From NCBI GenBank assembly GCA_010356995.1, contig ML996692.1, forward strand, positions 569,933-633,932: a DNA stretch of 64,000 nucleotides, read 5' to 3'. This document shows, piece by piece, positions 38,391 through 52,117 of this stretch. Each line of letters opens with the position of its first letter. The first letter of the stretch is position 1. Under the pieces are notes generated by a model that saw only the letters and a program-made list of their open reading frames with translations, ran no database searches and was not told where the DNA came from. The position numbers and the translations under genes are program-made. Source of the DNA: Trichodelitschia bisporula. Its lineage: Eukaryota.

Positions 38391-41300
38391 CTCCCCCCTC
38401 AATTATTCCCCTCTGGTCCAGACAGCGATATACGATGGCCACGGTGTGCAAGCCCCAAAAAGTGCAAGTCACGCAGATGGGATCTGACCATGCGAAAAGC
38501 GGTATGGTTTGGTCCTGTTGGGCTTCTCGATGACCCCATTGACCCATGTTCTACCTCCTCCCCGCTGCCTCATCCACTCTCACGTCCCTCTTTCTTCGGC
38601 CTCTTCGCCTCTTCGGCCTCTTCCATCCTCCTATGCGTAGTCTTCGGGAGAGCATCCTGACCCACCCCACACCATCAAGCACTCTCCACTCCCCCCAGCA
38701 GCCCGTCCCAGCGGCCTTCCCCTCCACGCTCTCCACTCTAGTTCTACTCCATGACCTGCCCTATTATTGTTCCTGTCCCCCACCTAGAATAACCAACCCT
38801 GCCACGACGTTGGCTGGCTGTTGGAAGCACATCCTCCAACGCCTCATTCTCCGCTTTCCACAATTCACTGTCCACACCTTTTTTTCGCAATTCATACTGT
38901 TCTATAGCCTATGACGAGGGCATCCGCCCATGAGCGCCCCCACCGCCAAATACCCTACGACTTGGGTACAAAAAAAGCCCAAGCCGGGACCGCCGTCTGG
39001 GGACGCTCGATGCACTCTCCAACAAGCAGTCTGACCCGGTGCCACTGCCACCATCTCTGCCACCCCACGCCATCGGCGGCGGCACTTCCGCTGGACCCCT
39101 CGCAACCTCCACACTCATATTTCGACATTCTTTTTTGACAACCTTTTTTTTTGTTAGCTACATGATGCGTGATCTTATATGTACATCATTATCCCCCCTC
39201 ATCCCCTCTGTCCAGAAAAAGAGGTCAAGGGTAAGTGGAAGGAAGGGGGCAGGAGGAGAGGGAAGGCAACACAAGACGCGCCCCCATTCTACCCCAAGTC
39301 CTGAACGGGACTCCACTCAGACCCTCCTGGCAGCAGCCAATGCTTAGAACGGCCAGGCCAGAAGGTTACCTCACCACCCCTCACCATCCTTCATCACCGG
39401 CCTCCCTCAATTGATTCACCCCACACAACCCACAAAACAACGAAATGACCCTCCCCAAACCCATCTGGACCCCGCGATGTCCTGATCCTGACTCTCCGCT
39501 TGAAATGAACTTCGCCGTGCGCATCCAACTCTAGCCCGCGCTGGTCAAAGTTGACATGCAGTAAGCTCGTGGCCAGGTACATGCACATGTACATGTACAC
39601 GCCCGCAATGCACGTAGCCAGCGGCCCGTACTCATCATCCACGCATCAATCCGAGGGCTGGGGGAAAAGGTTAACGTTAGGATAGCTGCAGAACTACAAG
39701 GAATCTCCACATCGCGCCGTGCCACCCCCGCCTGCAAATGCTCAACGAGCTCATATAGATGCTGCAAGGGCCGTTGCAATGTCGGCACCTTCGCTCTTTA
39801 CCGGCCAGGAACAAGCGATGGGGGGTGCCTTGCAACATTGGTATGGGGTAGTACTGTATCTTTTGCTGGAATTCCATGGGACCCTTCGGCCGGCCAGTAG
39901 CAGCGGACGAGGCCTGGGGAATTCCATATTGTCAGCATCATCGACCTCTCCAACTTTTCGCTTCCAAGCAACATCGGACGGGTCAAGTGTGCCCAACACA
40001 CGTAGCTGCTCATTCCCCGACCCCAAAGGACGTGGCAAAAGGTATTAAAAGGGCCGCAACGCATACACACCCGCTCCCAAAACGACTGGGGTCGTGCAAA
40101 TGTATGGGGAAGAATGGTCAAGAGAGAGAGAAGGGTACCGGAAAGTCTGATGGGAGATGGAGGAGAGGGAAAGGGTCATCTTTCGCGACAAGTTGTTCGG
40201 CGAGTGTTTCGCACTGCATCCCTCCCAGCCCCGACCACAATGAGGCTGCGAAACAACAGGCACCCCCTAGCGACCTCGCTGTCTCTTTGTGCGCGTGGCT
40301 TTGCCTCCAATCGCTCCGAACTGAAAGCTTGCCTGTCGGTGACAAGGGAGGAGCTCGATCACTATGGGCAGCTCTCGCCCGTCCATTCCGCAGATGCCGA
40401 ACGCTCCCCGCCTCTCTCCTCCATCCTAGTTGCGCTGATGACCGCACACACCAGCCCACACGGGCGGCGACTACTGCGTACGCTCGGAAGCAGCAAAACC
40501 AGCGACAACAGGTGGGGAAGCTCGGCGTAAACATCCTTGTATCCGTGGCTCAGAAATCGTATGTGACGGACGAGACGTGACGGGGAAGAAGAAAGACGAG
40601 AAGAGCCAACCAAACGCGTAACACACAGCCCTGTCTAGCATCCACTTGGGATATTCTATCCACCCTTCCCGTTACGCAAAACCCCGGTTTCCATCAGCTA
40701 TTACTCGTCGAGATCGGGCTGCCAATTCACTCAAGTTACACTATGAACCGATTGATTAACTAATAGCTGAACTAATAGTCTCTCGTTTCGTGGATGGCCA
40801 GCAGCGAATGCAGATTGCTACATTCGGATTCAGTAAAGTGGGGGGAACAGTCTAAAGGACCGTACATTAATCGTCATTGCTGAGAGGAAAGGAGGGGCCA
40901 AAAAGGTGCTGTTCAATCCACAAACGCCAAACTGCGAGATCGGCGTTCCAGAGCAACCCTTTTAGGGCGGCATATCATTGTAAGGCACAGCAAAAGCTAA
41001 ACAGCCCAAACCGCTACCTCGCCGCCCACCGGGATGTCAAGGAAGCTGCCAGAGGATTCAGTGCTCTCCGGGAGAACAGTGTACGATAGGATATGGTGCA
41101 AGGCTAAACGCGTTTGCATATTATCGCCCTCTGGTATGTATTGATTCATCGATGCCAGATTGGCAGCCATGGCGTCCTCCTAGAGATCTAGAAAACCATC
41201 AATTTCGACACCCCTAACCCACCAACGCCGACCGGCGAACATCCGTGCCGAAGCTTAAGATCGCGGACCTTCGGACAGTACGTATAAGCAACACACTGCA

Positions 41301-43959
41301 TGATGTACATAACCCATCAAATAACCCAAATGATCGCTAAATCATGATGGGTTGACAGGATGGCATTATCTTCCGACTGCCGCATTGATACCATATGCTC
41401 GTCGGGGGTCCTCGGATCTCCTTGCGTGCGTGATCTGATAATAGATTGCGCCAATGCCACCCTTTCGGTATAAGTCTTCTTTTGGACATATCTAGATTGC
41501 CCTCGTACGAGATTGCATGTGACGTCGGCTCGACTGGGGTGCCGAAGCGAAGTTTCTTTGTGCGGAGCTCTTTGTCTGCTACCATGGCGATTTGCTTCTG
41601 ATGGTGAGGTCGTACTATGATGGAGGCAACATCGCGAATGCGCCATGTTCCAGCAGAAGGGCACCCAAAGATGCCCGCAGTCCCAACGGCTTCCCGTCTT
41701 TACCGATACGCCATGATTTTGCGCCATACCCCGTCGCGGATCCGACTCGTCATTGACAAGCCTGCAAAGATCGGTAGGCCCTTGGGCGCGAGCTGGAAGG
41801 AGGAAGGGGAACGCTAGGAAGACGCTTATTTACTTGAGACAGCTTTGCGCAGGTGCACGGCGGCCAAATCCTGGAAACTGCAGGCCCGGCTAGGATACCC
41901 GCTCCTGCCTCCGTCATCTCAGCCGGGCCGCCTGAGGAACTCGCCTTCCATTATGAAAATATCCGAACCCGAGGAAGGGAAGCGCAAGGTCAAGGCCAGG
42001 GGGCATCGACGTCGTCGGGTTCTCACCGTCGTCAGTTTATGGACGGTTTTCAGACCCTGTGAGAAGGCATACCGTAGGTAATAGCATCACTGGGCAGGAA
42101 GGCGGGTGACTGCTGAGGCGGCGGGCTAGATATGCGCGTATGGAGTGACTGGTCAAGTGGTCATCCGTATTCCGAGCCGACCACGCCCGCTTCTGCGCAG
42201 TACACATGCGCCATGATATTCTGGATGCTTTGCTTATGCACGCAAACCACGACGTGCATGCAGGCCGAGAGCTCTCGCCGCCGTCTGGTCTTGAGCTGAA
42301 GCATCAGTAATGCCAGGAGGGGAATACCACGCATCGTCTGGCGCTCCGGTGAGCTGCTCACTTTGCCATTGACTTCGCTCACGAGCAATTGGTCGACGGT
42401 ACCGAGAAAAATACAGCAAATCGCCTTATGCGCCCCCAGATGATACGCAGCCGCGCGAAAAAGGCCTTGAGGGCAGCGCGGGGAGGCCCCTTCACAAGGC
42501 GAACGCCGGAATTAATCGCGCGCCCAACCACAGGCGCCGAATTGCCAGCGGATTGTGACTGCGGCGGCGACAGCGCGCGGGTCGGCCTCCTGACCACTGG
42601 TGACAGCTCGAGCCCACGTTTCGTTGCCGTCTGAAGTGGTCGTTTCGGGAATGGGTGCCTTTTTCTGGCCCTTGATCCTTCTGCCCACGGCAGCTTGAGT
42701 CTCGAGGCTGAACAAGATCACAAACCGAAGGAAAGCAACAGTGCTCTCTCGTCGCCCTCAACCTCACTGGTTCGCTGTTCCCGCTCCCGTGGGATCTCAT
42801 TGGGTACGGCGCGTGCTCTGCCCAGTCGCTTACCGTTGCTCGGAGAGCTCCCAGCCTCACACTTTGAAGCGACTAGCTGCTCTCCCGCAGCACGTACTCC
42901 GAGTACTCCGCTTTAACGTCACTCGCCCGAACCGTCCCCGTCTCTCGTCGTCACTTTATTATTATCTCTTTAGCAAGTCAAAGGGAGTGATATTCTAGCA
43001 CCCCAATCTCATGCTCGGTGATTTAGCCACCCACTTTTCTTGCCTGCTAGCACCGGACAGCGAAATACATCGACCGGCCAACGCGGTGGGGCTGCCGGTA
43101 AAGTCCCACTGCTTAGTGTACATAAAACGGGAACCCTATACTGGAGCCCGCAATATAGACGAAAATCACCGGATTGCCAGAGGGATAGCAGTCGCGTACC
43201 TTAATTTCCCCGCATCAATCTCAACTCGGCCGCAGGACCCCGGCTTCCGCTCCATGGCCAGGACATCCCTTTTGAGCTGAGACACCTCGTGGGAATTGAC
43301 GGGGATTGGGAAGAACGAAGGCGGGGAACAGGAGCGGCGAGTGAGAGAGACTATGTATTTCGTGGTCCCGACTCTTGTCAAAAGACCCCGCGCTGGAAGT
43401 GCTGGGGGGGAGGGGTCACAACGGATGCTTTTCTAGAACTAGGGCCCACGCTAAGGGCTGCCGAGGATGGTGCTGATTATTGCTGCCGGCGTGCTCACCT
43501 GCAGCGGGTGCATGCCGCACAAGGATGACTAGGCACTGAAGGGAGGCGGGGAGTGGATGACAGAAGAGTCGAATAGTAACTGAAGGCCAGCAGCTCTCTC
43601 AGTCACTTTGCTCCTTTTCGTGGGATTGGAATGTGAAGGGAGGGAGTTTGAAGCGGGGAGGGGTTGAAGGGAAGGGAAGGGCAGGCCTAGTCCGGCTGGA
43701 GCCGCCGCTAAATGTGGCTCACACTGGGGCTGGTGATCCCTGCATAGCATGTGGACTTGGCGGGAATAGCGCGGTCTTGAGGGATGTCTTCTTTGGAGTG
43801 CCGAAGGTTGTGGGGGAATGTGTGGGAGGAGAGAGAGTACACTAGTGGGTTAAAAGGCTATCTCAGCTGCCAGACTGGGAAGTTAAGTGAGATACGACCA
43901 ATTGTGCAGCATCCAGTTGATGTGAGGTTGGCGATATGTCAAGGTCTCGTTACTAAAGC

Positions 43960-44590
43960 AGCCGTGGCGGCGACACCAAACGGCATTTCTCACGTGACTA
44001 TTCAACTTCAAGATCTTGTTCAGAGCCACATCACCGTCTCCGCTAAGGCGTACAGCGCTCTGAACGACATTAAAGAAGCAGAATTTAATAATTTGATTCA
44101 GGGAGCGAAGGGGCTGAATATCTCATCGTCGAGAGACAACCTCGCCTTCCACTGCAGACATTACTGTACGCCTAGCAGAAGTAAAAAGAGTAACCGGTGA
44201 AGACGGTAGGTTCTCAGTTGGTATAAGCCCCCAACATTTATACGATCGATGGATGCAAACTGACTGACAATATTCAGTTGCCCGACGACGACTCCCCACC
44301 CCATCTCAGTTTCACCTTTAATGGTACCAATGATCAAGTTCGACCGAGACGCAACTAACTGCGGAATATCTACTATTTCGTGCCGAAGACCCTCAATGGC
44401 CACTTAGTCTCGATCAACGGCATAGCCTTCTTGCCGGATGGAAAGCTACCAGCCGGACGGAAAGTTACGAGCGTCCGCATCGGTGAATGAGACGACCCAG
44501 CCGCAGGCAACTGGCTCGTCACAGGCCATTCGGATACTCGAAGGCTCTTCCGATGGCCCCAAGGCCGTCACCTGCTCACCGAACCCGGGT
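43960..44590 (+). pseudogene. Degenerate WD40-repeat gene relic, probably of NACHT-WD40 (HET-E/HNWD-like) type
   Basis: KTLNGHLVSINGIAFLPDGKL (44386-44448), then after a 19-bp duplication/frameshift RASASVNETTQPQATGSSQAIRILEGSSDGPKAVTCSP, giving 42-aa WD40 spacing. Stops and frameshifts around it. Confidence 0.55.
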
Positions 44591-45757
44591 CATCCTGAGA
44601 ACTTAGATATGGTGGCAAGGCCTGGACAGAGACTGCAAAGTAGGGAAGTAATAATCGTCCTTGAGTGAACAGCATCGGCAGCAAGTAGGACCACATTGAC
44701 CGGATCGATAAGCCAGCTCAAGACTGGGGCCTTCCCGTAGAGATGCCCGACCTAGGAGGAAGTGTATCGATAGCCCTAGTTGGATCTGTCAGAGCACGCT
44801 GTCATGTTGACATAGTAGGCCCTGCATTTCTCGCCTCTCAACGCGCACCTTCTCCTTGCTCAACGTCTCTGTCTCCATCTCGGAAAGGTGCTCTTTTGAG
44901 CTTCTACCTTGCGCATAGACGTTCAGCATGCATCACATCACAGGGGATTTGGATCTGGCGAGCCCGAGCGCCCGCCCGTCCGTAGGCAACCCCACAACCT
45001 TCTATCCTCCCACTCGGTACTCCGGTGCCGGCTTCCCTCATTTTCCCAGCGCAAAGCAACCCATTAACCTCTCTGGGGACACGCAGGACAGCCTATGCAC
45101 CGCCGAAAATGCCTACATACCCCATGCACCTATACCCTAAACGAGCTTACAATGTGGTTTCTGGTTTACCTTGCGTTGTACAAGTTCACCGGGAAAACCA
45201 TTCATACAAATGTTTCAGAGGACATGGACGATACGGGGCACATGAGACGCAGAGAGGCGTAAAATGCTTCATCAAAAAGCCCTTGTTCAATGAGTATCGA
45301 CTTTTGTGGACGCTAATGGGGCTTATATTCGTTCATATATGTGGGTTCTCCACGATGGGATTCGCAATCATCCTTAGCAGACGGCTCTCAAATATTTATG
45401 GTCATCGCAATGAGGGGTTTATCTCTAGCACGCGACACTGCGTTATCAAGGCAAATTTTGTCCATCAAACCTCCTTGGATGTTGAAGCAGCATAAAGTCA
45501 CAAGGGAATGTAAACACAAAGCAATTATAAACTCCGAAACATTTGCTCAATGACCAAGGCATTATGCTGCCTGAACAGGGCCAAGGGCAAGTTCAAGCAA
45601 GCACAACATGGATGGAATGTGTACATGAGCCCCCCATGAGTATCTCGTAACAATCCTTGACGCCTTCAACCATGCTATGCTCCGGCGCTTCCCCACGCAG
45701 TAACAGAAAAATCATAGGTCCTGATCAACTACGTTGACCGCAGAAAGTGCAGTCAAC

Positions 45758-46358
45758 CTAGTCATCGAGGTCGCGATGGCGAGCGAGCACCTTACGCTTG
45801 AACTCCGCCGGGTCTTTGTCCCAGAGCTCAGCAGCTTGGCCGTTGAGCGGACTCGCGCTGCGGGTGGGCACATGTTAGCTTCAGGCCGGCGACCAGGGCA
45901 GTGTAGTACGAAGGCACTCACTTGTTTGGCTCGCCGAGTAGGCTCTGCAGGCTAAGCAGGACGGACTGCGTGTTGTAGATGGCGCTCCACTTGTCCTTCA
46001 GGATGTCCAGGCAGATACGACCGGAGAAATCGATGTTGGGGTGGTAGATGGGAGTCTTGAACAGAACTGTCGGTGGCGCATAGGGGTAGTTCGATGGGAA
46101 AGTGAAGGTAAGCTTGAGCTTGAGGCCCTCGTACGGCGTCTCAGTCGGGCCTTCGATCGTCGCAGTCCACTCCATCAGGTTGCCATCGTTGGGGAAGGCG
46201 CTGATGCCCGGTGGCGCCGACATCATGAAGTCCATCAGCTCTGACTGCATGCTGCCGTGGGGTACGCGGTTAGTGTTGCGCAACCATGCTGCGGGGAAGT
46301 ATGCATACCGCTTCATAACTGCACCGTCAGGCGCAGAAGCTGTCTGAGTCGTTGACAT
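45758..46358 (-). CDS. UBC11: Ubiquitin-conjugating enzyme E2-C (UBE2C/UbcH10/Ubc11 type); exons 46358-46309, 46251-45922, 45857-45758
   Basis: KRMQSELMDFMMSAPPGISAFP, TPYEG, FPSNYPYAPP, HPNIDFSGRICLDILKDKWS (catalytic Cys), LLGEPNNASPLNGQAAELW. Confidence 0.92.
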
Positions 46359-46564
46359 AGTTGCTAGTTTGCGAGTACAGACGGGCGACGTACAAACTAT
46401 GCTGGAGGAGCGAATAAAGGGGTTGAAGTGCAGAAGAGGTCGTGGAGTGGGAGAAATGAGGAACAAAATCGTAACGAAGGCTTTCTCGACGTTCGTGCAA
46501 GGTGCTTGTTTGGGGGCCTGAGCACCACAGCAACGGTGAATGGCTGCTTGGCACCAACACCCCG

Positions 46565-46620
46565 CCAATGCGACCCAATCACCAGGAAAGTGCGCGTGGG
46601 GTTTCGCGCACGCGACGCGT
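46565..46620. promoter_or_regulatory. Cell-cycle-type promoter module: 2x CCAAT plus SCB/MCB-like CGCG boxes
   Basis: CCAAT at 46565 and 46575; TTTCGCG 46602-46608; ACGCGA 46610-46615; ACGCGT 46615-46620. About 250 nt upstream of the E2-C ATG. Confidence 0.55.
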
Positions 46621-46878
46621 TTCTGCAACAGCCTTGGAACATCCAGCAGGAGCGCTCCCGCCTCAACATCGCCCGATCGATGATAGAGAGCACGTGTCTC
46701 TATACTATCGTTAAAATCTAGACGAGATTCATGGCTGTGTAAACATGCATATGTGGATTGGTAGCTATCTAAGGATGGAATGGCATCTACGGATAAATAC
46801 AAATACAGAACCAAACCGAATGCGTATACACCCATAATGCAACATTGAGACTCCGACATCCTTATCCAAATCCCTGGG

Positions 46879-48282
46879 TCAATGGCCCTCTTTTGCGAGC
46901 ATGTCTTCCAGGTCGTTAGCTGGGGAACAAAGCGGAGACCTCGGAAACATACCGGCAATGGCAAGGTAAAAGGCAACGGCATTGAAACTACCTCCCCGTC
47001 AGCTCCAGTTTCCGTTACTCGAGGGCTTTAGTACTTATTTGAAGCCGTCAGTAGTCCAAGGAGTTGCTTGAATCCATTGGTCCAGTTGATGACTTCAAGA
47101 TGGGAGACTCCGACCAAGGTGCCCTTGTACGTGCCCCATTTGCTACTAGGTACACTGTTGCACTCGTGAGCTGAGATATTTAGAGTTGAGACAACACACC
47201 TCACGAGACCGTCATTCGGAGCTCCTTCTAGATCTCGGATAATGTCATATGCAGGCCGAAATATGGACCAGTTTTTGGCTTCGAGGTAAGCCCCGTAGGA
47301 ATAATACCTTCGTCTGGTCAGCTAAAGGTAATGATACAAGAAGAGGAGGTTGTACTTGATTCCTTCGACATCTGGAGTTTTGGGGTTGAAATTTTGCGCC
47401 ATGTACTGCCTAGTAAGCTGACTGAACGCACCAGTTTCAAGGCCAAAGTATTCTAGCATGTGGTAGACTTTAGGGAGTCGATCCGCTGTGAGAAGTTAGA
47501 CACCTGGATAAAGTGGAAAACACTCGGACCCATACTGCCAATTGCCTCAAGCATGTAGTCTGCAAATGCCGAGCCACGGTGCGGAGTCGCAATGGTCGTC
47601 AGGGTTCGGACATCGACTTGGTTGGGCCGAAGCTGGCTAATCATGTATCGTGAGTCCAGCCCCCTGATGCAGTACATTAGATCGACACTGCTTCAGCCGA
47701 AGAGACACACACCCCTGTTGTAGAAGTTAGTAACTGCGCTTCGGCTATACTTTCCAAGCCATACCATGCTGTGCCTAGTATGACGTTAGTGAGAACACAC
47801 CATACTGTGAGTATTCATACGCGATGATATTTACGCTCTTTCCGCTCGCTTTCTCGGCAATGCTCGCGGCCAACCTTGCAGCCCTAGCCTCAATTGAGCC
47901 GGATGGGGGGACTCTAGCTGTTATGACTTCAACGCCTCGCCGAGAGAGCTCTTCGGTGATACCACGCCAGTACCTGATGCCGGGAAGGCTAGGGCTGACC
48001 AGGTGAAGTTCGTCAAAGCCGAGCAAGCCATGCGCAAGCACAATCGGATTCACCGGCTTTTCTTTGGGAACTTTAGCGTATTTCATCGTGTGTCGCCGCA
48101 TACTGCCGGATGGATGGCGTACCATAGTGATCTTTGAAGTGGGCGTATTCATCTATGATAACTTTTCCTAGCTCCTCTTTGGGAAATTCATCGAAAGGGC
48201 GGGATAATCTGCTTAAAGATGCCGTAAAGGTCCATGAACGGGCGGCTTTAACACGATTCGGTCGGCTTAGTACCTTCAGCAT
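46879..48282 (-). CDS. TGL2: Triacylglycerol lipase, Tgl2-like alpha/beta hydrolase; 10 exons: 48282-48123, 48070-47821, 47774-47765, 47714-47713, 47663-47536, 47485-47356, 47307-47200, 47154-47035, 46987-46953, 46904-46879
   Basis: PIVLAHGLLGF, YWRGI, AHSMGGLDSRY (nucleophile elbow), LTTIATPHRGS, NDGLVS, SHLEVINW, FYLAIADMLAKEG. Basic N-terminus resembles a mitochondrial presequence. Confidence 0.88.
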
Positions 48283-48840
48283 GGCGAAGGTAGACTGAAA
48301 GAAGCAAGCTTAAGTTGAAGGTTAGCAACTAGTCAATTTGCAGAGATATTGTTAGGCTATTTTCTCACAAATGCATTCCTATTGACCTTCGGCCTTGTGT
48401 AGGGAGGGCGATATCACGCGAGTTTGAAAAGAGGAACGAGATGAGAAAAGAGCACAGAGGCAAAGAACGAGCAGGGCTGAGGACTGGACAAGGGTAGCTG
48501 GTTACGTATGACGTTACGCGCCGTGGTGTGGCTGAGCAGCTTCGCCAGCAGTGATGGTGGCGTGTGCCTGGCGTTTTACGTTGCTATGTCGAAGGCAGCT
48601 GCGGCGAACGCTTCAATCACTTCTTTTCAACATCTCCCTTTGCCTGTTACTTGCATATCTGGCCGGACCATCCGAACTTCTGCTTTGCTCCTCCTCCGGG
48701 AGCGGACGACAAGCCCTGACATACCCAGTGGCTTACCTCACGCCTAGTTCTACCGTACTGTATATGATGGTACTGCCTCTCACCACTCTGCATGCCCAAA
48801 CACCCCACTTCAACATAGAGCTTTCTGCCAAACCGCCAAT

Positions 48841-50447
48841 ATGAGTATCCGGTACATTTTTGATGACCCCAGAAGCCACTACACCAACCTCGATGTCGTC
48901 AAGGGAAAGGTGGTGCTGAGTGTGTCGAGTCCGATGAGCATCAACTTCATCACTGTTAAGCTCGAAGGAGAATCAAGAACACGTCTGCTGGCACCTCCAC
49001 GTCCAGGCTACAATGAACGCCCACGGCCCCTGTTAGAGATCCACAAGGTGTGCAATTTTTCTTTCAGATATTTACTGCTCATGACTCACTAACTCTGCTT
49101 AAGCTCCTCTACCGGGTCATTACTGTTTTCCCCCCAACTCAAGAACTTCAGCACACTGGATCTTCGCGTGTGTTTGCCGCAGGCCAATATGCCTATCCAT
49201 TCGAGTTCAAGGTAGGTCTTGATCATGCTGAGATCGTAAGCAATGCCTGAACCCGAGTAGATTCCATTCAACAACAACTGCAATGCAGTAAATGTCCTCA
49301 ATCCGACAAAGCCCTTTGGTGGGCTGCCTCTTGAAATGGCCCGGCCGCCGGCTCGGCATGTGCGAACTACTCTCCCTCCATCTATCTACTTTCCAGGAGA
49401 GGCTGAGATTCGCTACTACGTCAAGGCTACTGTTAATCGACCGGGACTGTTCAAGGAGAACCTCCGAGCCTTGCACAATATAAATCTTGTTCCTATTGAG
49501 CCACCCCGAGAAGTAACTGCCGGCGAAGCGTATGCGAGAGTGCAACACCAATTTTTGCACGGCGAACCCCCCAAGAACAGCGGAATCACAAGCCTGTTCA
49601 AAGGAAAAGAGAGCATACCGCCGTCACCATCAACGTCCCTCCCGCCAGCAAGGATCAGCGTAGACATCAGACTGCCGAATCCGCCTGTCCTCACCTGTGG
49701 CCAGGACATTCCACTCAGAGTCCTCATCAAACAACTGAGTGAACGGAGCGAGGAGCTGTATCTCCAGACACTACAGATTGAGCTAATTGCCACTACCCGT
49801 GTGCAGGCTCACGAGGCTGTTCGGGATGAAAAGGGCAGCTGGGTGATAATAAGCTTGACGAACCTCAAGCAACCTATCGGCTCCAAAACTGATGCAATCG
49901 ACACTGAAACCGCGCTTACCAAGGAGCTTTGGTATGGACACAAGTTACCAAACACTGTCTCCCCAACATTCATCACTTGCAACATCCAGCGAAGTTATGA
50001 GCTTGTTGTCTCCGTTGGCCTGTCATATGGGTCGCTAAAATCCACATATGTACGTGTACAGTGTCGCGCTTGGGGCCCTGGCTGACAACATTAAAGGATC
50101 AGTTTACGGTCAAAACCCTTCGCCTAGCCGTGAAGGTGTTTTCAGGTATCAGGCCTCCCGATGCTCTCCTCAAACGTATGGAAACTGGACCTGAGCGGCC
50201 CATCCTTTCAGGCCCCAGCGTACCGGCTGGCGCTGGCGCTGTTCCTCCTGCATATCAGAGCCCAGCGCCAGGCCCGTCAAACGCTGGGCCTGCTCCTCAG
50301 AATGCGCCTCCGTATGAGGAAGCACCACCGAGCTATGAAGATGCCATCGCTTTGGATCTCCCGCCGGTATCCGGGCCTAGGCCGGAATACCGGCCACCTC
50401 CAGCCCCAGAAGGAGGAGACTCACGGCTGGCGGATGAGAAGAGATGA
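48841..50447 (+). CDS. Alpha-arrestin / arrestin-N domain protein with C-terminal PPxY motifs; 4 exons (approx. 48841-49047, 49104-49211, 49261-50048, 50097-50447)
   Basis: YTNLDVVKGKV, ITVKLEGESRT, GQYAYPFEFKIP, TLPPS, AEIRYYVKATVNRP, PTFITCNIQRSYEL, PPAY and PPSYEDA. Confidence 0.88.
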
Positions 50448-50822
50448 TCAAACGGTGAGACGTGTCTGACGAATGAGATATCTGTCGCTTATGACAGTTT
50501 CACGACATGGGCTGAACGTTTATGATTTTGAAGGTTTACTTTGCTAAATCTGGCTACGCCACGTGAAACTTCGTTGTCCTCAAATTTCTTTCGATTGCAT
50601 ATGCAGTTGAAAGGCTATAGTTACTTGTTTTGGGGGAGTAAGTCATCGACAACTAAATGTAGTAGACCGTAACGACACTCTGCGGCAGTAGCGCCCATGA
50701 GCCGCCATTTCATTTATATGACGCACCATACCCAGGACACGAGTGTTTGCCCGTCCACCACATAGCCATGCCCTCTACCTCCATCAGTGATGGGAATGCC
50801 TTCTGACCTCTGCTATCCACAT

Positions 50823-50915
50823 TTAGCCCTCTGCCTCTCCGCGGATAAATATGCCTAGAGAGGCTCAATTAGGAAAACCAACGCACTCAGGGCTAATGTA
50901 CGGACAATGTATAAG
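50823..50915. promoter_or_regulatory. XlnR/Xyr1-type GGCTAA sites and TATA-like box upstream of the xylanase
   Basis: TTAGCC 50823-50828, GGCTAA 50891-50896, TATAAG 50910-50915. Confidence 0.6.
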
Positions 50916-50966
50916 CAGCGCCCAGTGGCATTGACTTCAAGCAATACAGTCTAAAACTCCTCCGCC

Positions 50967-52117
<1,151 letters not shown>

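Noticed and set aside
41212..41220. CCCTAACCC as a possible telomerase RNA template
   Set aside because: A 9-nt match is expected by chance, its register differs from the UAACCCUAA I recall for Pezizomycotina, and I cannot support a pseudoknot or CR4/5 domain by eye.
43510..43529. GCATG..GCACAAGGATGAC resembling the U6 snRNA internal stem-loop
   Set aside because: The upstream ACAGAGA box and the rest of U6 are missing; a 13-nt match is not enough.
45918..46982. 354-aa ORF implying an N-terminally extended E2
   Set aside because: Artefact of reading through the lipase 3' end, the promoter and an in-frame 57-nt intron. The likely start is ATG 46358.
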